NCBI GenBank assembly: GCA_041576165.1
Contig: JBFGLM010000057.1
Coordinates: 1-25,409 of the forward strand
Direction: 5' to 3'
DNA: 25,409 bases
Source: Acidimicrobiia bacterium
GTDB taxonomy: Bacteria > Actinomycetota > Acidimicrobiia > Spongiisociales > Spongiisociaceae
The notes below the pieces were generated by a model, which had not been told where the DNA came from, made no database searches, and worked only from the letters and a program-made list of their open reading frames with translations. Shown here one piece after another: positions 1 to 8,467 of this stretch. A program made the position numbers and the translations under genes. Each line of letters opens with the position of its first letter. Positions within the stretch are counted from its first letter, which is position 1.

Positions 1-139
1 CGGCGACATCTGCGGTGGCGGCCAACCCGGCGCCGGTCTCGAATCTCGACGCCAGCTCGGCGGGATCCCGCCAGAAGTCGTAGAGCGAAACGATGTGGGG
101 GTGCTCCAGCTTGGCGACGAGGCGCGCTTCGCCCTGGTC
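1..139 (-). pseudogene. Fragment resembling Ser/Thr protein kinase subdomains III-IV; frame runs off the window edge
   Basis: Minus-strand frame reads DQGEARLVAKLEHPHIVSLYDFWRDP, a typical bacterial kinase segment. The in-frame sequence upstream lacks GxGxxG/VAxK, and downstream it diverges (AELASRF instead of xxxYLVM). Confidence 0.45.
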
Positions 140-314
140 GAGTTCGGCACGTCGGGTCACGCGGATCGCCGTTCGAGCGGCAGATTCAACCGCGATCACA
201 TCCACGCCATCAGCCGGCTCATCCACGAGGACCGCCGCGGCCAGCGGATCACCGGCCCGCTGTTCGTGACCCGTAACACGCGCGGGCTGGCGGCGTCCCG
301 TGTCTGTGGCTCGT

Positions 315-1322
315 CTAGAGGTCGTCGATTGTGACCGCCCGAGAATGGAGCGGCAGCCGAGCGCGCCCTGATACCGGATCCGCCGGCTGGTCGGCCAAGA
401 CATTCACGGCCACGCCCGCAAGGACGAGCGCCATGCCGGCCACCAGCGCTCCGGTGACCGGCTCACCTAGCACCACCGCCGACGACACCACACCCAGCAC
501 CGGGACCCCGGTCATCGTGAGGTTGGTCGACACGGCCGACAGGTTGCGGAGCACCACGATCTGCGCCCAGAACGCGACGCCGCTGGCGAGGATCGACTGG
601 TAGGCCATCATCCAGATCAGCTGGGGCGTCCAGTCGATGGCGGGGGGACCGTCGACAACGAGACCGAGCACAGTGAGTGGAATGGCCGCCCCGATCAGCT
701 GCCACGGCAGCGCCTGCAACGGGTTGATCGTCCAGTGGTGCCGGCGGATGTGCACCGCGGTAGAGGCGTTCACCACTGCGGCCAGGATCAGAAGGACTGT
801 GCCGACAACAACCGAAGGCTCGCGCCAATCGTTCCCCCATACCTCGGAGAGTATGACAACACCGGACACCCCGACGACCAGACCGGCCCACCGCCGGGTA
901 GATATGCGCTCGCCCAAGAACATCGCGGCGATCGGGACCGTCCACAGCGAAGTGGTCCAGACCAGGACCGAGGCGCGGCCGGCCGGCACCAGTCTGAGGG
1001 CGAAGAAGACGAGCACCATGACGGCGGCCAGCCGAAAGACGGCGACCGACACGATCATGGGAAGATCGCGGCGGGGCGGCATGCTCAGGTTGCCGGTCAG
1101 CATTCCGATGAGAACGACCGCGATGCCGGCGCCGGCCACCCGCAAGGCGGCCATCCAGATCGGGGTGATCGACCGCAACGTGATCGTCATGACCGGCCAG
1201 TTGAGACCGAGCACGATCACGGCCAGGGCGAGCAGCAGGTAGATGGCTGGACGGGTCAGTTGCCGCGACGCTGGCTGATCCTGATCGGTCTCCCAGATGA
1301 GGCCGCGATACGGGCCACTCAC
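315..1322 (-). CDS. EamA/DMT family transporter
   Basis: About 10 hydrophobic segments with two EamA-like halves (GLNWPV..PIWMAALR; LGERI; LGEPVT). Start moved to GTG 1322, which follows GGAG and overlaps the upstream stop (GTGA). Confidence 0.9.
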   Translation of the reverse strand: MSGPYRGLIWETDQDQPASRQLTRPAIYLLLALAVIVLGLNWPVMTITLRSITPIWMAALRVAGAGIAVVLIGMLTGNLSMPPRRDLPMIVSVAVFRLAAVMVLVFFALRLVPAGRASVLVWTTSLWTVPIAAMFLGERISTRRWAGLVVGVSGVVILSEVWGNDWREPSVVVGTVLLILAAVVNASTAVHIRRHHWTINPLQALPWQLIGAAIPLTVLGLVVDGPPAIDWTPQLIWMMAYQSILASGVAFWAQIVVLRNLSAVSTNLTMTGVPVLGVVSSAVVLGEPVTGALVAGMALVLAGVAVNVLADQPADPVSGRARLPLHSRAVTIDDL

Positions 1323-2617
1323 GATTGCTCCTGAGGCGCCGGACTCCGGTCGGCTGTCGCGACCAGTGCTGTGTCCGCGCTGAATCGGTAGTTGTAGAAA
1401 CTCGGAGCCCACCGGGCGATACCCAGAGCAGCGAGTGCGCATGCGATGCCGCCGGACACGACGGAGAACCTGACCGAAGTCAACTCTGCCACGACGCCGG
1501 CTTCGAGATCGCCCAACCGGGGGCCGCCACCGGATGCGGCCGTGTGCACTGACGTGAGCCGTCCTCGCAGATGATCGGGGATCGAAAGCTGCGTCATCGA
1601 CTGGCGGAAGATCGCCGACACGACGTCCGCTGCACCGGCGAACGCCAGGACACTCACCGCAAGCACGATGGATTTGCTCAGGCCGAAGACCGCGATTCCG
1701 AGCCCCCAGCCGAGCACCGCCATCACGACGGCTCGGCCCTGCCGCTCAACTCGCGACACCCAGCCGGAGGTCAGTGCGCCGAGAACTGCCCCGGCCCCCG
1801 GGGCCGCATAGAGGAGCCCCACCGTGAACTCGTCGCCGCCCAGCACCTCGGTCCCGAATGCAGGAAAAAGGGCAGTGGGCATGCCGAAGACCATGGCGCT
1901 GAAATCGATCAGGAAAGCGGCCTGAATCAGGCGGCGAGATTTCAGGAACGACAGACCCTCCCGGATCGATCTGGCCGAGAAGGCCCGGGCGCCACCTTCG
2001 ATCTCAACGTGGGGGACCCGCAGCAGGAGCGCGGCGCTCGCCAGGTAGCCAACCGCCTGGGCCGCGTACGTGACGGGGAGGCCTGCGACGGCGATCAGAA
2101 GGCCTCCGAGTGCGGGGATGGCGGTCTTCGCCAGGTTGGTCTGTGACTGATTCAGCGCCAGCGCAGCCGGGAACAGAGCTCTCCCGACCAGCCCGGGCAG
2201 CAACGCCTGACGAGCCGGGTTGTAGGTGGCTGCGACACCGGCGTTGATGGCGCTCAGTGCATACAGCGGCCACAGCTGCGGGGTGGAGCTGAGCGAGTTC
2301 CAGAACAGACCGGCGGCCGTGAGGGTCAGGATCACGTCGGCGACAAACAGCAGGCGTCGTCGGTCGATTGCGTCCGCCAATGCCCCGCCTACAAGGGCCA
2401 CCGCCAGCAACGGGATCAGCTGCGCTAGCCCGAGAAGGCCGACGGCCAGGGTGGACCCGGTCAAGGCGAAGATCTGGATTGGCACGGCGACCACGGTCAG
2501 TTGACGGCCCGCCTGCGCGAAGAACATGGCGGTGAACAGCGCGCGGTATCCCGGCAACAACCGCAGCGGCGTGATGTCGAGTATCGCCAGCCGGCGAAGC
2601 CCCCGAAGGCGGTTCAT
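1319..2617 (-). CDS. MFS transporter (EntS/MFS_3-like exporter)
   Basis: About 12 TM segments, motif A GGALADAIDRRRLL, C-terminal IPDHLRGR and GGPRLGD. GGGAGG SD 9 nt before the ATG. Confidence 0.9.
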   Translation of the reverse strand: MNRLRGLRRLAILDITPLRLLPGYRALFTAMFFAQAGRQLTVVAVPIQIFALTGSTLAVGLLGLAQLIPLLAVALVGGALADAIDRRRLLFVADVILTLTAAGLFWNSLSSTPQLWPLYALSAINAGVAATYNPARQALLPGLVGRALFPAALALNQSQTNLAKTAIPALGGLLIAVAGLPVTYAAQAVGYLASAALLLRVPHVEIEGGARAFSARSIREGLSFLKSRRLIQAAFLIDFSAMVFGMPTALFPAFGTEVLGGDEFTVGLLYAAPGAGAVLGALTSGWVSRVERQGRAVVMAVLGWGLGIAVFGLSKSIVLAVSVLAFAGAADVVSAIFRQSMTQLSIPDHLRGRLTSVHTAASGGGPRLGDLEAGVVAELTSVRFSVVSGGIACALAALGIARWAPSFYNYRFSADTALVATADRSPAPQEQS

Positions 2618-2622
2618 GCTCC

Positions 2623-2668
2623 GTTACCTCCCGGATGGTCTCGCCCGGGCGGGATGTTGGGAGGTAAC
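2623..2668 (-). promoter_or_regulatory. Anti-SD/SD hairpin in the 5' leader of the MFS gene
   Basis: Perfect 10-bp inverted repeat GTTACCTCCC (2623-2632) / GGGAGGTAAC (2659-2668). In the mRNA the downstream arm contains the GGGAGG SD. Confidence 0.55.
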
Positions 2669-2930
2669 TCGTGTGAGCTCCGACCGCGCGGGAAGCTGAC
2701 CGTCGACTCGTGAGTCTACTGCCACCGGGATCGACAACGTTCCGTCGGTGTAGTGGGGATGCACATCTGGCTCTGCGTCGACCGATCGAACACGGAGGCA
2801 GGGAGATGGGGCCGCCGGCAGGCGGCCCAATCCATGGTCCAGTCGAGCTGGACGTTACGAGAACGTGTAGAGCTGAATCTCCCCACACTCACCGGGGGCG
2901 GCGCCGCCACGGACGCCTAGCGTGTGTCCC

Positions 2931-3863
2931 ATGGATGATGTTTTGGCGTGGCTGCTCGATGGGGATCCGGCGATTCGGTGGCAGGTGACGCGCGATCTCC
3001 AGGGCCAGCCGGCAATCCGGTGGCGGGCCGAGCAGGCCCGGGTGGCAAGAGAAGGCTGGGGAGCCAAGCTGCTCGGCTTCCAGGATGAGGAGGGCCGCTG
3101 GACGCCCCGCCTGTACGGCTACAAATGGATCTCGACCACCTATTCCATGGTGCTGCTGCGCCGGCTGGGTTTGCCGAGCGACGATTCGCGTGCCGCCCGT
3201 TCCTGCCAGCTGTTCCTCGATGAGGGTCTGTGGCACGACGGTGGTATCAACCTCTCGACTGCCCAGCGCCGTAGCGAGTGCTGCGTGACCGGCATGGTCC
3301 TCGGGCTGCTGGCGTGGTTCCGGTTCCATGATCCACGCCGGGAACGGCTCGTCGACTTCTTGCTGGCGGCCCAGCTGGCTGATGGGGGCTGGAACTGTGA
3401 ATGGGATCGGGGCGGTACCCACAGCTCCTTCCATACCACCATCAGTGTCCTGGAGGGCTTGCGAGAGTACGCCGCTGCCGATGGGGCCCGTGCGCAAGAC
3501 ACCGTCGAGGCCGAAGCGCGCGGGCGCACGTTCCTCCTGGAGCACCGATTGTTTCGGTCGCACCGAACCGGCGAGGTGGTCGATCCGAAGATGCTCCGGC
3601 TCTCGTTCCCACCGCGGTGGCGCCACGACATATTGCGCGGCCTCGACTATTTCCGCGCCACCGGCGCCGCTCGTGACGAGCGACTGCAGGACGCGATCGA
3701 CGTGCTGGAGAAGAAGCAACGGGCCGACGGGCGCTGGCCGCTCCAGCAGCGCTACCCGGGCCGCACCTGGTTCGAGATGGAACAGGTCGGTGAACCGAGC
3801 CGTTGGAACACGTTACGTGCGCGGCGAGTGCTCATTTGGTGGGACGGAACACCTGTCGCGTGA
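2931..3863 (+). CDS. Prenyltransferase/squalene-oxidase repeat (alpha/alpha toroid) family hypothetical protein
   Basis: QW-like repeats QDEEGRW, QLADGGWNC, QRADGRW; N-terminal WLLDGDPAIRWQV and C-terminal PSRWNTLRA. TAGCGT -10-like box 7 nt before ATG 2931. Confidence 0.75.
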   Translation: MDDVLAWLLDGDPAIRWQVTRDLQGQPAIRWRAEQARVAREGWGAKLLGFQDEEGRWTPRLYGYKWISTTYSMVLLRRLGLPSDDSRAARSCQLFLDEGLWHDGGINLSTAQRRSECCVTGMVLGLLAWFRFHDPRRERLVDFLLAAQLADGGWNCEWDRGGTHSSFHTTISVLEGLREYAAADGARAQDTVEAEARGRTFLLEHRLFRSHRTGEVVDPKMLRLSFPPRWRHDILRGLDYFRATGAARDERLQDAIDVLEKKQRADGRWPLQQRYPGRTWFEMEQVGEPSRWNTLRARRVLIWWDGTPVA

Positions 3864-3916
3864 CCCACGCGGTTCTGTGCTCGAAAATCTCGCCCGATGG
3901 CATACGATGATCACAA

Positions 3917-4774
3917 ATGCTCAACTATCCGCTGTTGTACCTGGAGCATTTGAGCGACCATGATCTCGAGCTGATCACCCAGGCCGCAGGTCACGACGAC
4001 CCCACCTCCCTCCGGACCCGAGTGGCCGAACGGCCCGAGGTGCTCGACCAACTGCTGGGCGAACCGAGCCTCTACGACGCCATCTTCGCCGAGCCGGATC
4101 AGCCGATCGGAGTCCGCGCCACGCCGTTCCTTGCCTTCGGAGTTCTGATCAATCGGACGTCGCACGACCTAGGGGCGGCTAACTACGTGTACGAGTGGGC
4201 CGGGCCTCGCAAACGGCTGCCCGTGTTCGACGTTGCCGCACTGCAAGGTTTCGTCGCAGACGGTGTGCGCCGCTACTTCCTCATTGAGCTGTTGACCTCG
4301 TTCACCAAGGTCGCCAGCGGCAGCATCTGGGTGCGATCTCGCCGGGGGTACCGACGTCGCCGTTTCAGCGAACTCGACCCGGTCCGGCTGGCGGAGATGG
4401 TGGATCATCTGCCGGAAGCTCAGCGGCCGGCGGGCTACCGGCGGCTGGGCGATGTTGCCCTGTTCCTGTCCGGGATCTTTCCCGACCATACGGCCGGCCA
4501 TCCCTTTGCCCCGTTCGAGCGAGAACTGCTCGCCCGATCGGCGGGGATCCGGGCCAGCCTGGCATTGCACGAGGGGAGGGATCTCGGATTCCATGAAGCC
4601 GCCGGCGCCGGCTGGTACCGGCGGGCGGTGGAAACCGCCGAGGCAACGATCGGTGCAGGTCCCGAATTTCTGCTCGACGTGGCCGATCACTTCCAGCAGG
4701 CGCGGCGGGTGTTGAACTTCGTCGCGGATCGCTACCTCTATCGCTTCGACCCCGGCCTCATCCGACCGAACTGA
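3917..4774 (+). CDS. Conserved hypothetical protein
   Basis: 285-aa ORF with normal high-GC codon usage and motif YRRLGDVALFLSGIFPD. TACGAT -10-like box at 3903-3908. Function not recognised. Confidence 0.75.
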   Translation: MLNYPLLYLEHLSDHDLELITQAAGHDDPTSLRTRVAERPEVLDQLLGEPSLYDAIFAEPDQPIGVRATPFLAFGVLINRTSHDLGAANYVYEWAGPRKRLPVFDVAALQGFVADGVRRYFLIELLTSFTKVASGSIWVRSRRGYRRRRFSELDPVRLAEMVDHLPEAQRPAGYRRLGDVALFLSGIFPDHTAGHPFAPFERELLARSAGIRASLALHEGRDLGFHEAAGAGWYRRAVETAEATIGAGPEFLLDVADHFQQARRVLNFVADRYLYRFDPGLIRPN

Positions 4775-4814
4775 GCGGGGGCGTGGCTATCGCCGCTCGC
4801 GGCGGAGCGGGCTA

Positions 4815-4834
4815 TTGTTATCGAGAAATGACAA
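4815..4834. promoter_or_regulatory. Candidate GntR operator TTGTTAT-N6-ATGACAA
   Basis: Near-perfect palindrome immediately upstream of the regulator's RBS; same geometry as the site at 11114-11133. Confidence 0.6.
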
Positions 4835-4847
4835 AAAGGGAGGCGCG

Positions 4848-6281
4848 GTGGTCGACGCGCGTCAGCCGATCCCGATCTACTACCAGCTGAAGCAGCTGCT
4901 GCTCGAGAGCATCATCGAAGGCCGCTACGGACCCGGAGACCGGCTACCCACCGAGCACGAGCTGTGCGCGCTCTACGGCATCAGCCGCACTCCGGTCACA
5001 CGGGCGCTGACCGAACTCGCAGAGGAAGGTGTGATCCTCCGCCACCGGCGCAAGGGCACCTTCGTCAATCCTCACTGGCAGCGGAGGTCTGCGGCCCGGG
5101 TCGAGATTCGGGTGGTCGTGTCCGACGACGCCTGGGCAGACGAGATCCGCAACAGTGCTCCGGGCGACATCGACATCAACGTCGTGACGGTCAATTTTCC
5201 CGACTTGCATCGCACTCTTACGAGGGCCGTGGGCGAAGGGCGCGCACCCGACCTGGCGATCATCGATTCTGTGTGGGTAGCGGAGTTCGCTGAGGCCGGG
5301 TTCCTCACGCCGCTCGATGAGCTCGACCCGGATTGGGTAGCTGGCGAGTTCGCCGAGGATTTCCTGACCCCATTCGTGACCGGTTACCGGCATCACGGCC
5401 AGACCTTCGCGGTACCTGAGGAGGCCAATGTCGCCGGGATGTGGAGCCGGGTGGACGTGCTCGAACGGCTTGGGGTGGACGTTCCGCGCACCTGGGACGA
5501 GATGCGCGGCACGCTGGCCAGCGTGCAGGCGGCGGACGGCGGAACCACCCCGTTCGCGATGCCGGCCGGCTTCAAGGCCGGAGAGACCGCAACGTTCTGT
5601 CTCCTCGCCATCCTCGCCGCCAACGGCGTCGAAGTCATAAGGAACGGCGCGGTTCGGCTCGACTGTGCCGAAACCGTCGAGGCGCTCCGCTTCCTTCGCA
5701 GGCTGGTGGAGGAGGGGTATCTGCCCACCGATTCTGTGATGTACACGTGGGATCACGCCCCGCTGCTACTGGCACGCGGTGACGCCGCCTTCAGTGCAGG
5801 CGGGTCATATGAAGCGGGGCTCATAGCCGCCACCGCCGGGATCGACATGACCGAAGTCCCGGACCACTTCGTGTTCACGCCCTTCCCGGCGGGCCCTCGC
5901 GGCGAGCCGGCTGCGGTGGTCGGCAGCATGGTCTACGTCATCTTTCGTCAGTCTGCAAACCCCAGGCTGGCGATGCGAGTGCTCGAGCACCTGGCCTCGT
6001 CCGCTGAACTCCAGAAGCGGACCGAACTCAGCGGTCGGATCCCGCCGCGGCGCTCCATCGTGGAGCGGGTGGCTGGAAGTGATCCATTCGTTGCCGACAC
6101 CGCGGCGGTGTTGGAACACGCAATCGTGCGACCCCGCACCTCGCTGTATCACCTCGTGTCGGCCCAGCTCCAGACGATGCTGGTCGCGGTGATCACGGGC
6201 CGGTCGCGCCCGGCGGCGGCGGCCGAGCGAACTGCAGAGCTGATAGGCGCCATCACTGGACTTCCGGTCGGCCACGATTGA
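4848..6281 (+). CDS. GntR-family winged-HTH regulator fused to a sugar-type solute-binding domain
   Basis: N-terminus PIYYQLKQ..GDRLPTEHELCALYGISRTPVTRAL..KGTFV, followed by a family-1 SBP-like domain (APDLAIID, PRTWDE, PFPAGP). No signal peptide. AGGGAGG precedes GTG 4848. Confidence 0.88.
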   Translation: MVDARQPIPIYYQLKQLLLESIIEGRYGPGDRLPTEHELCALYGISRTPVTRALTELAEEGVILRHRRKGTFVNPHWQRRSAARVEIRVVVSDDAWADEIRNSAPGDIDINVVTVNFPDLHRTLTRAVGEGRAPDLAIIDSVWVAEFAEAGFLTPLDELDPDWVAGEFAEDFLTPFVTGYRHHGQTFAVPEEANVAGMWSRVDVLERLGVDVPRTWDEMRGTLASVQAADGGTTPFAMPAGFKAGETATFCLLAILAANGVEVIRNGAVRLDCAETVEALRFLRRLVEEGYLPTDSVMYTWDHAPLLLARGDAAFSAGGSYEAGLIAATAGIDMTEVPDHFVFTPFPAGPRGEPAAVVGSMVYVIFRQSANPRLAMRVLEHLASSAELQKRTELSGRIPPRRSIVERVAGSDPFVADTAAVLEHAIVRPRTSLYHLVSAQLQTMLVAVITGRSRPAAAAERTAELIGAITGLPVGHD

Positions 6282-6295
6282 CCTCGCCTTGTCGC

Positions 6296-6724
6296 TTATC
6301 CGGGCCCTGGGTCCGGGCCCGGATCGCCGTCGGTGGCGACCACCGCCAGCCGCAGGAGATAGTGGTCCCACCCGGCGGTGTGCACCGGCACCTCATCCGG
6401 AGGGAGTCCGCGGTGGGTGAGAGTGACCAGAGTGCCGGTCCCGTCCTCGGCCAGGTCGACCTCGACGACGCTCGAACCTGGCGGTAGTCCCGGGTGTCCC
6501 ACCCATCCCCAGGTGAACACCACACGTCGGTTGGGCACGAGTTCCACAAACTCGCCGCGTGCCTTCATGCCATTGGGCATTGACATTCCGAACGCGCCGC
6601 CGGGGGTCGCCTCAATTGCTGCCGCCACTCCCTGCCAGCCTGACCACAGGTCGGACTGGGTCAGGTAGGTGTACACCACGGCGGGGGGAGCGGCGATACG
6701 GCGGCTGACGACGATCTCGGGCAT
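6296..6724 (-). CDS. SRPBCC/AHSA1-like (START-fold) protein
   Basis: RRIAAPPAVVY, ELVPNRRVVFTWGW, GTLVTLTH, GWDHYL. ATG 6724 overlaps the ArsR stop (TGATG). Confidence 0.9.
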   Translation of the reverse strand: MPEIVVSRRIAAPPAVVYTYLTQSDLWSGWQGVAAAIEATPGGAFGMSMPNGMKARGEFVELVPNRRVVFTWGWVGHPGLPPGSSVVEVDLAEDGTGTLVTLTHRGLPPDEVPVHTAGWDHYLLRLAVVATDGDPGPDPGPG

Positions 6725-7029
6725 CAGCCACCCTGGACCCGGTCGCGTTCGATGGTGTCTGCCAGGCGGTCCAGCGATTTGGCCCACATCGCCTCGAGTA
6801 CCACTCGGAGTGGACCCAAGCCGGTCTTGTCCGCTCGGTAGAGCCGGCGGTTGCCGTCTTTGCGCATCGAGACGAACCCGGCGCTGCGCAACACCGCGAG
6901 GTGTTGGGAGATTGCGCCGAAGGTCACATCGAATTGGGCGGCGATATCGCCCGCGGTGAGCTCGTGATCCCACACCAGCGCCAGGATGTCGCGTCGCCGC
7001 GGCTCGGCGACGACCTGCAGAGAGTCCAT
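6724..7029 (-). CDS. ArsR/SmtB family transcriptional regulator
   Basis: AEPRRRDIL, AISQHLAVLRSAGFV, GNRRLY. No Cys. TAAAAT -10 box 6 nt before the ATG (leaderless arrangement). Confidence 0.92.
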   Translation of the reverse strand: MDSLQVVAEPRRRDILALVWDHELTAGDIAAQFDVTFGAISQHLAVLRSAGFVSMRKDGNRRLYRADKTGLGPLRVVLEAMWAKSLDRLADTIERDRVQGG

Positions 7030-7033
7030 ACCC

Positions 7034-7091
7034 CTATTTTAGTCGGAGTTGAAATTTGACCGCCACGAAGATATAGTCATCACTAAAATAG
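7034..7091. promoter_or_regulatory. Divergent promoter with two inverted ArsR-type operator sites
   Basis: CTATTTTAGT (7034-7043) / ACTAAAATAG (7082-7091) perfect inverted repeat. Imperfect palindromes ATTTTAGT-N4-GTTGAAAT and ATATAGT-N4-ACTAAAAT. TTGAAA(7049)-17 nt-TATAGT(7072) promoter on the + strand. Confidence 0.7.
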
Positions 7092-7108
7092 ATTGCGGAA
7101 GGAGCAAC

Positions 7109-7543
7109 ATGGGTGATTACGCGATCAGGGCCCAGTTCGATGCACAATGCACCCCAGACCAGGTCATGCGCTGGCTGGACAACCCGGAAGGCATCGCCGG
7201 GTGGTGGTCCGACACTGTGGAGGGTGCCGCCGGCTCGATCGGTGACACATTTCACGTGACGTTCCCGACTTCGCCGGTGGTGTTCACCCTCGCCGTGACG
7301 GCCCGCTCTGATGATGCAGTCGAGTGGCACGTGCCGGAAAACCCGCCCTGGTGGCAGGGCACCACGGTGCGCTTCGATCTGGCCGCAGCGGAGCAGGGTG
7401 GCACCACGTTGCTCTTCACTCACAGCGGCTTCGACGCCGACGATCCGATGATTCAGATCGTCACTCCCGCCTGGGTTCGATTCGTCGACAATCTCGTCGC
7501 GGTGGCCGAGTCCGGCCCGCCCAACCCGGCTGTCGTCAACTAG
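7109..7543 (+). CDS. SRPBCC domain protein
   Basis: GIAGWW, WQGTTVRFDL, TLLFTHSGF, C-terminal WVRFVDNL. AAGGAG RBS before ATG 7109. Confidence 0.88.
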   Translation: MGDYAIRAQFDAQCTPDQVMRWLDNPEGIAGWWSDTVEGAAGSIGDTFHVTFPTSPVVFTLAVTARSDDAVEWHVPENPPWWQGTTVRFDLAAAEQGGTTLLFTHSGFDADDPMIQIVTPAWVRFVDNLVAVAESGPPNPAVVN

Positions 7544-7558
7544 CCCGTTTGATCCGGC

Positions 7559-8467
7559 TCAGCCCTTGACGCCACCGGCCGTGAGCCCTTCGGTCAGGAA
7601 ACGCTCGGCCACGAAGAACAGGATGATCACCGGCAGCGAGATGATGACCGATCCGGCCATCAACACGGTCTTGGGCACCTCGGTGGTGTCGAGCTGCTGA
7701 AGTCCGAGCGGCAGTGTCCAGAGATCTGGCTGATCAACCAGGAACAGCAAAGCGAACAGGAACTCGTTCCAGGCGATCATGAAGACGTACAGAGCCACGG
7801 CGGCGATGGCCGGAGCCGAAAGCGGCAGGGTGATGCGGCGGATGACCCCGAAGCGTGAAAGACCGTCGATGAGGCCGGCCTCTTCCAAGCTGGGCGGGAT
7901 CGTCAGGAAGTGACTGCGCAGCATGTAGAGAGCCACCGGGATCGTCTGCGAGAGATAAACGATGATCAGCCCGAACAATGTGCGGCGCAGAGACGTGCTC
8001 CCGATCGACAGCCGGCTGAACATGACGAAGAGCGGGATGGCGACGACGATCGCCGGGAAGAGATAGACGATCAGGATGCTCCAGCTGAACACCGTCTTGC
8101 CCCGGAACTTCAGGCGGGCTGCCGCATACGCGGCAAATACCGCGGCCGTCACGGTCAGGGCCACTGTCGCCAGACTGACGAACGCCGAGTTCCGGATGAG
8201 GCGGCCGAACCCCTGCTCCACGAACACTGTGCGGTACGTGTCGAGTCCGACCACGTCCCGCCACCTGGGCAACAAGTTCCCGGGCGCGCGCAACAACTCC
8301 GCGATCGGCTTGAACGACAGGCTCACCATGTAGATCAGTGGGAAGGCAGTTATGAGTACGAAGAACACGACGCTTGCCCACTTCAAGAAGCCGAATACAC
8401 GCTCTTCCACGATTGCCCGGGTCCAGCGGGATGACGGCGGCGCCCGGTGCGAGACGGTCTGCGTCAT
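7559..8467 (-). CDS. Carbohydrate ABC transporter permease (MalG/YcjP-like)
   Basis: EAA loop IPPSLEEAGLIDG, AWNEFLFAL, C-terminal GLTAGGVKG. ATGA overlap with the upstream permease. Confidence 0.93.
   Translation of the reverse strand: MTQTVSHRAPPSSRWTRAIVEERVFGFLKWASVVFFVLITAFPLIYMVSLSFKPIAELLRAPGNLLPRWRDVVGLDTYRTVFVEQGFGRLIRNSAFVSLATVALTVTAAVFAAYAAARLKFRGKTVFSWSILIVYLFPAIVVAIPLFVMFSRLSIGSTSLRRTLFGLIIVYLSQTIPVALYMLRSHFLTIPPSLEEAGLIDGLSRFGVIRRITLPLSAPAIAAVALYVFMIAWNEFLFALLFLVDQPDLWTLPLGLQQLDTTEVPKTVLMAGSVIISLPVIILFFVAERFLTEGLTAGGVKG

Noticed and set aside
2714-2807. Possible Hsp20 remnant on the minus strand (ISLP ... VDAEPDVHPHYTDGTLSIPVAV)
   Set aside because: The similarity covers about 20 residues and needs a frameshift; too weak to call without BLASTx.
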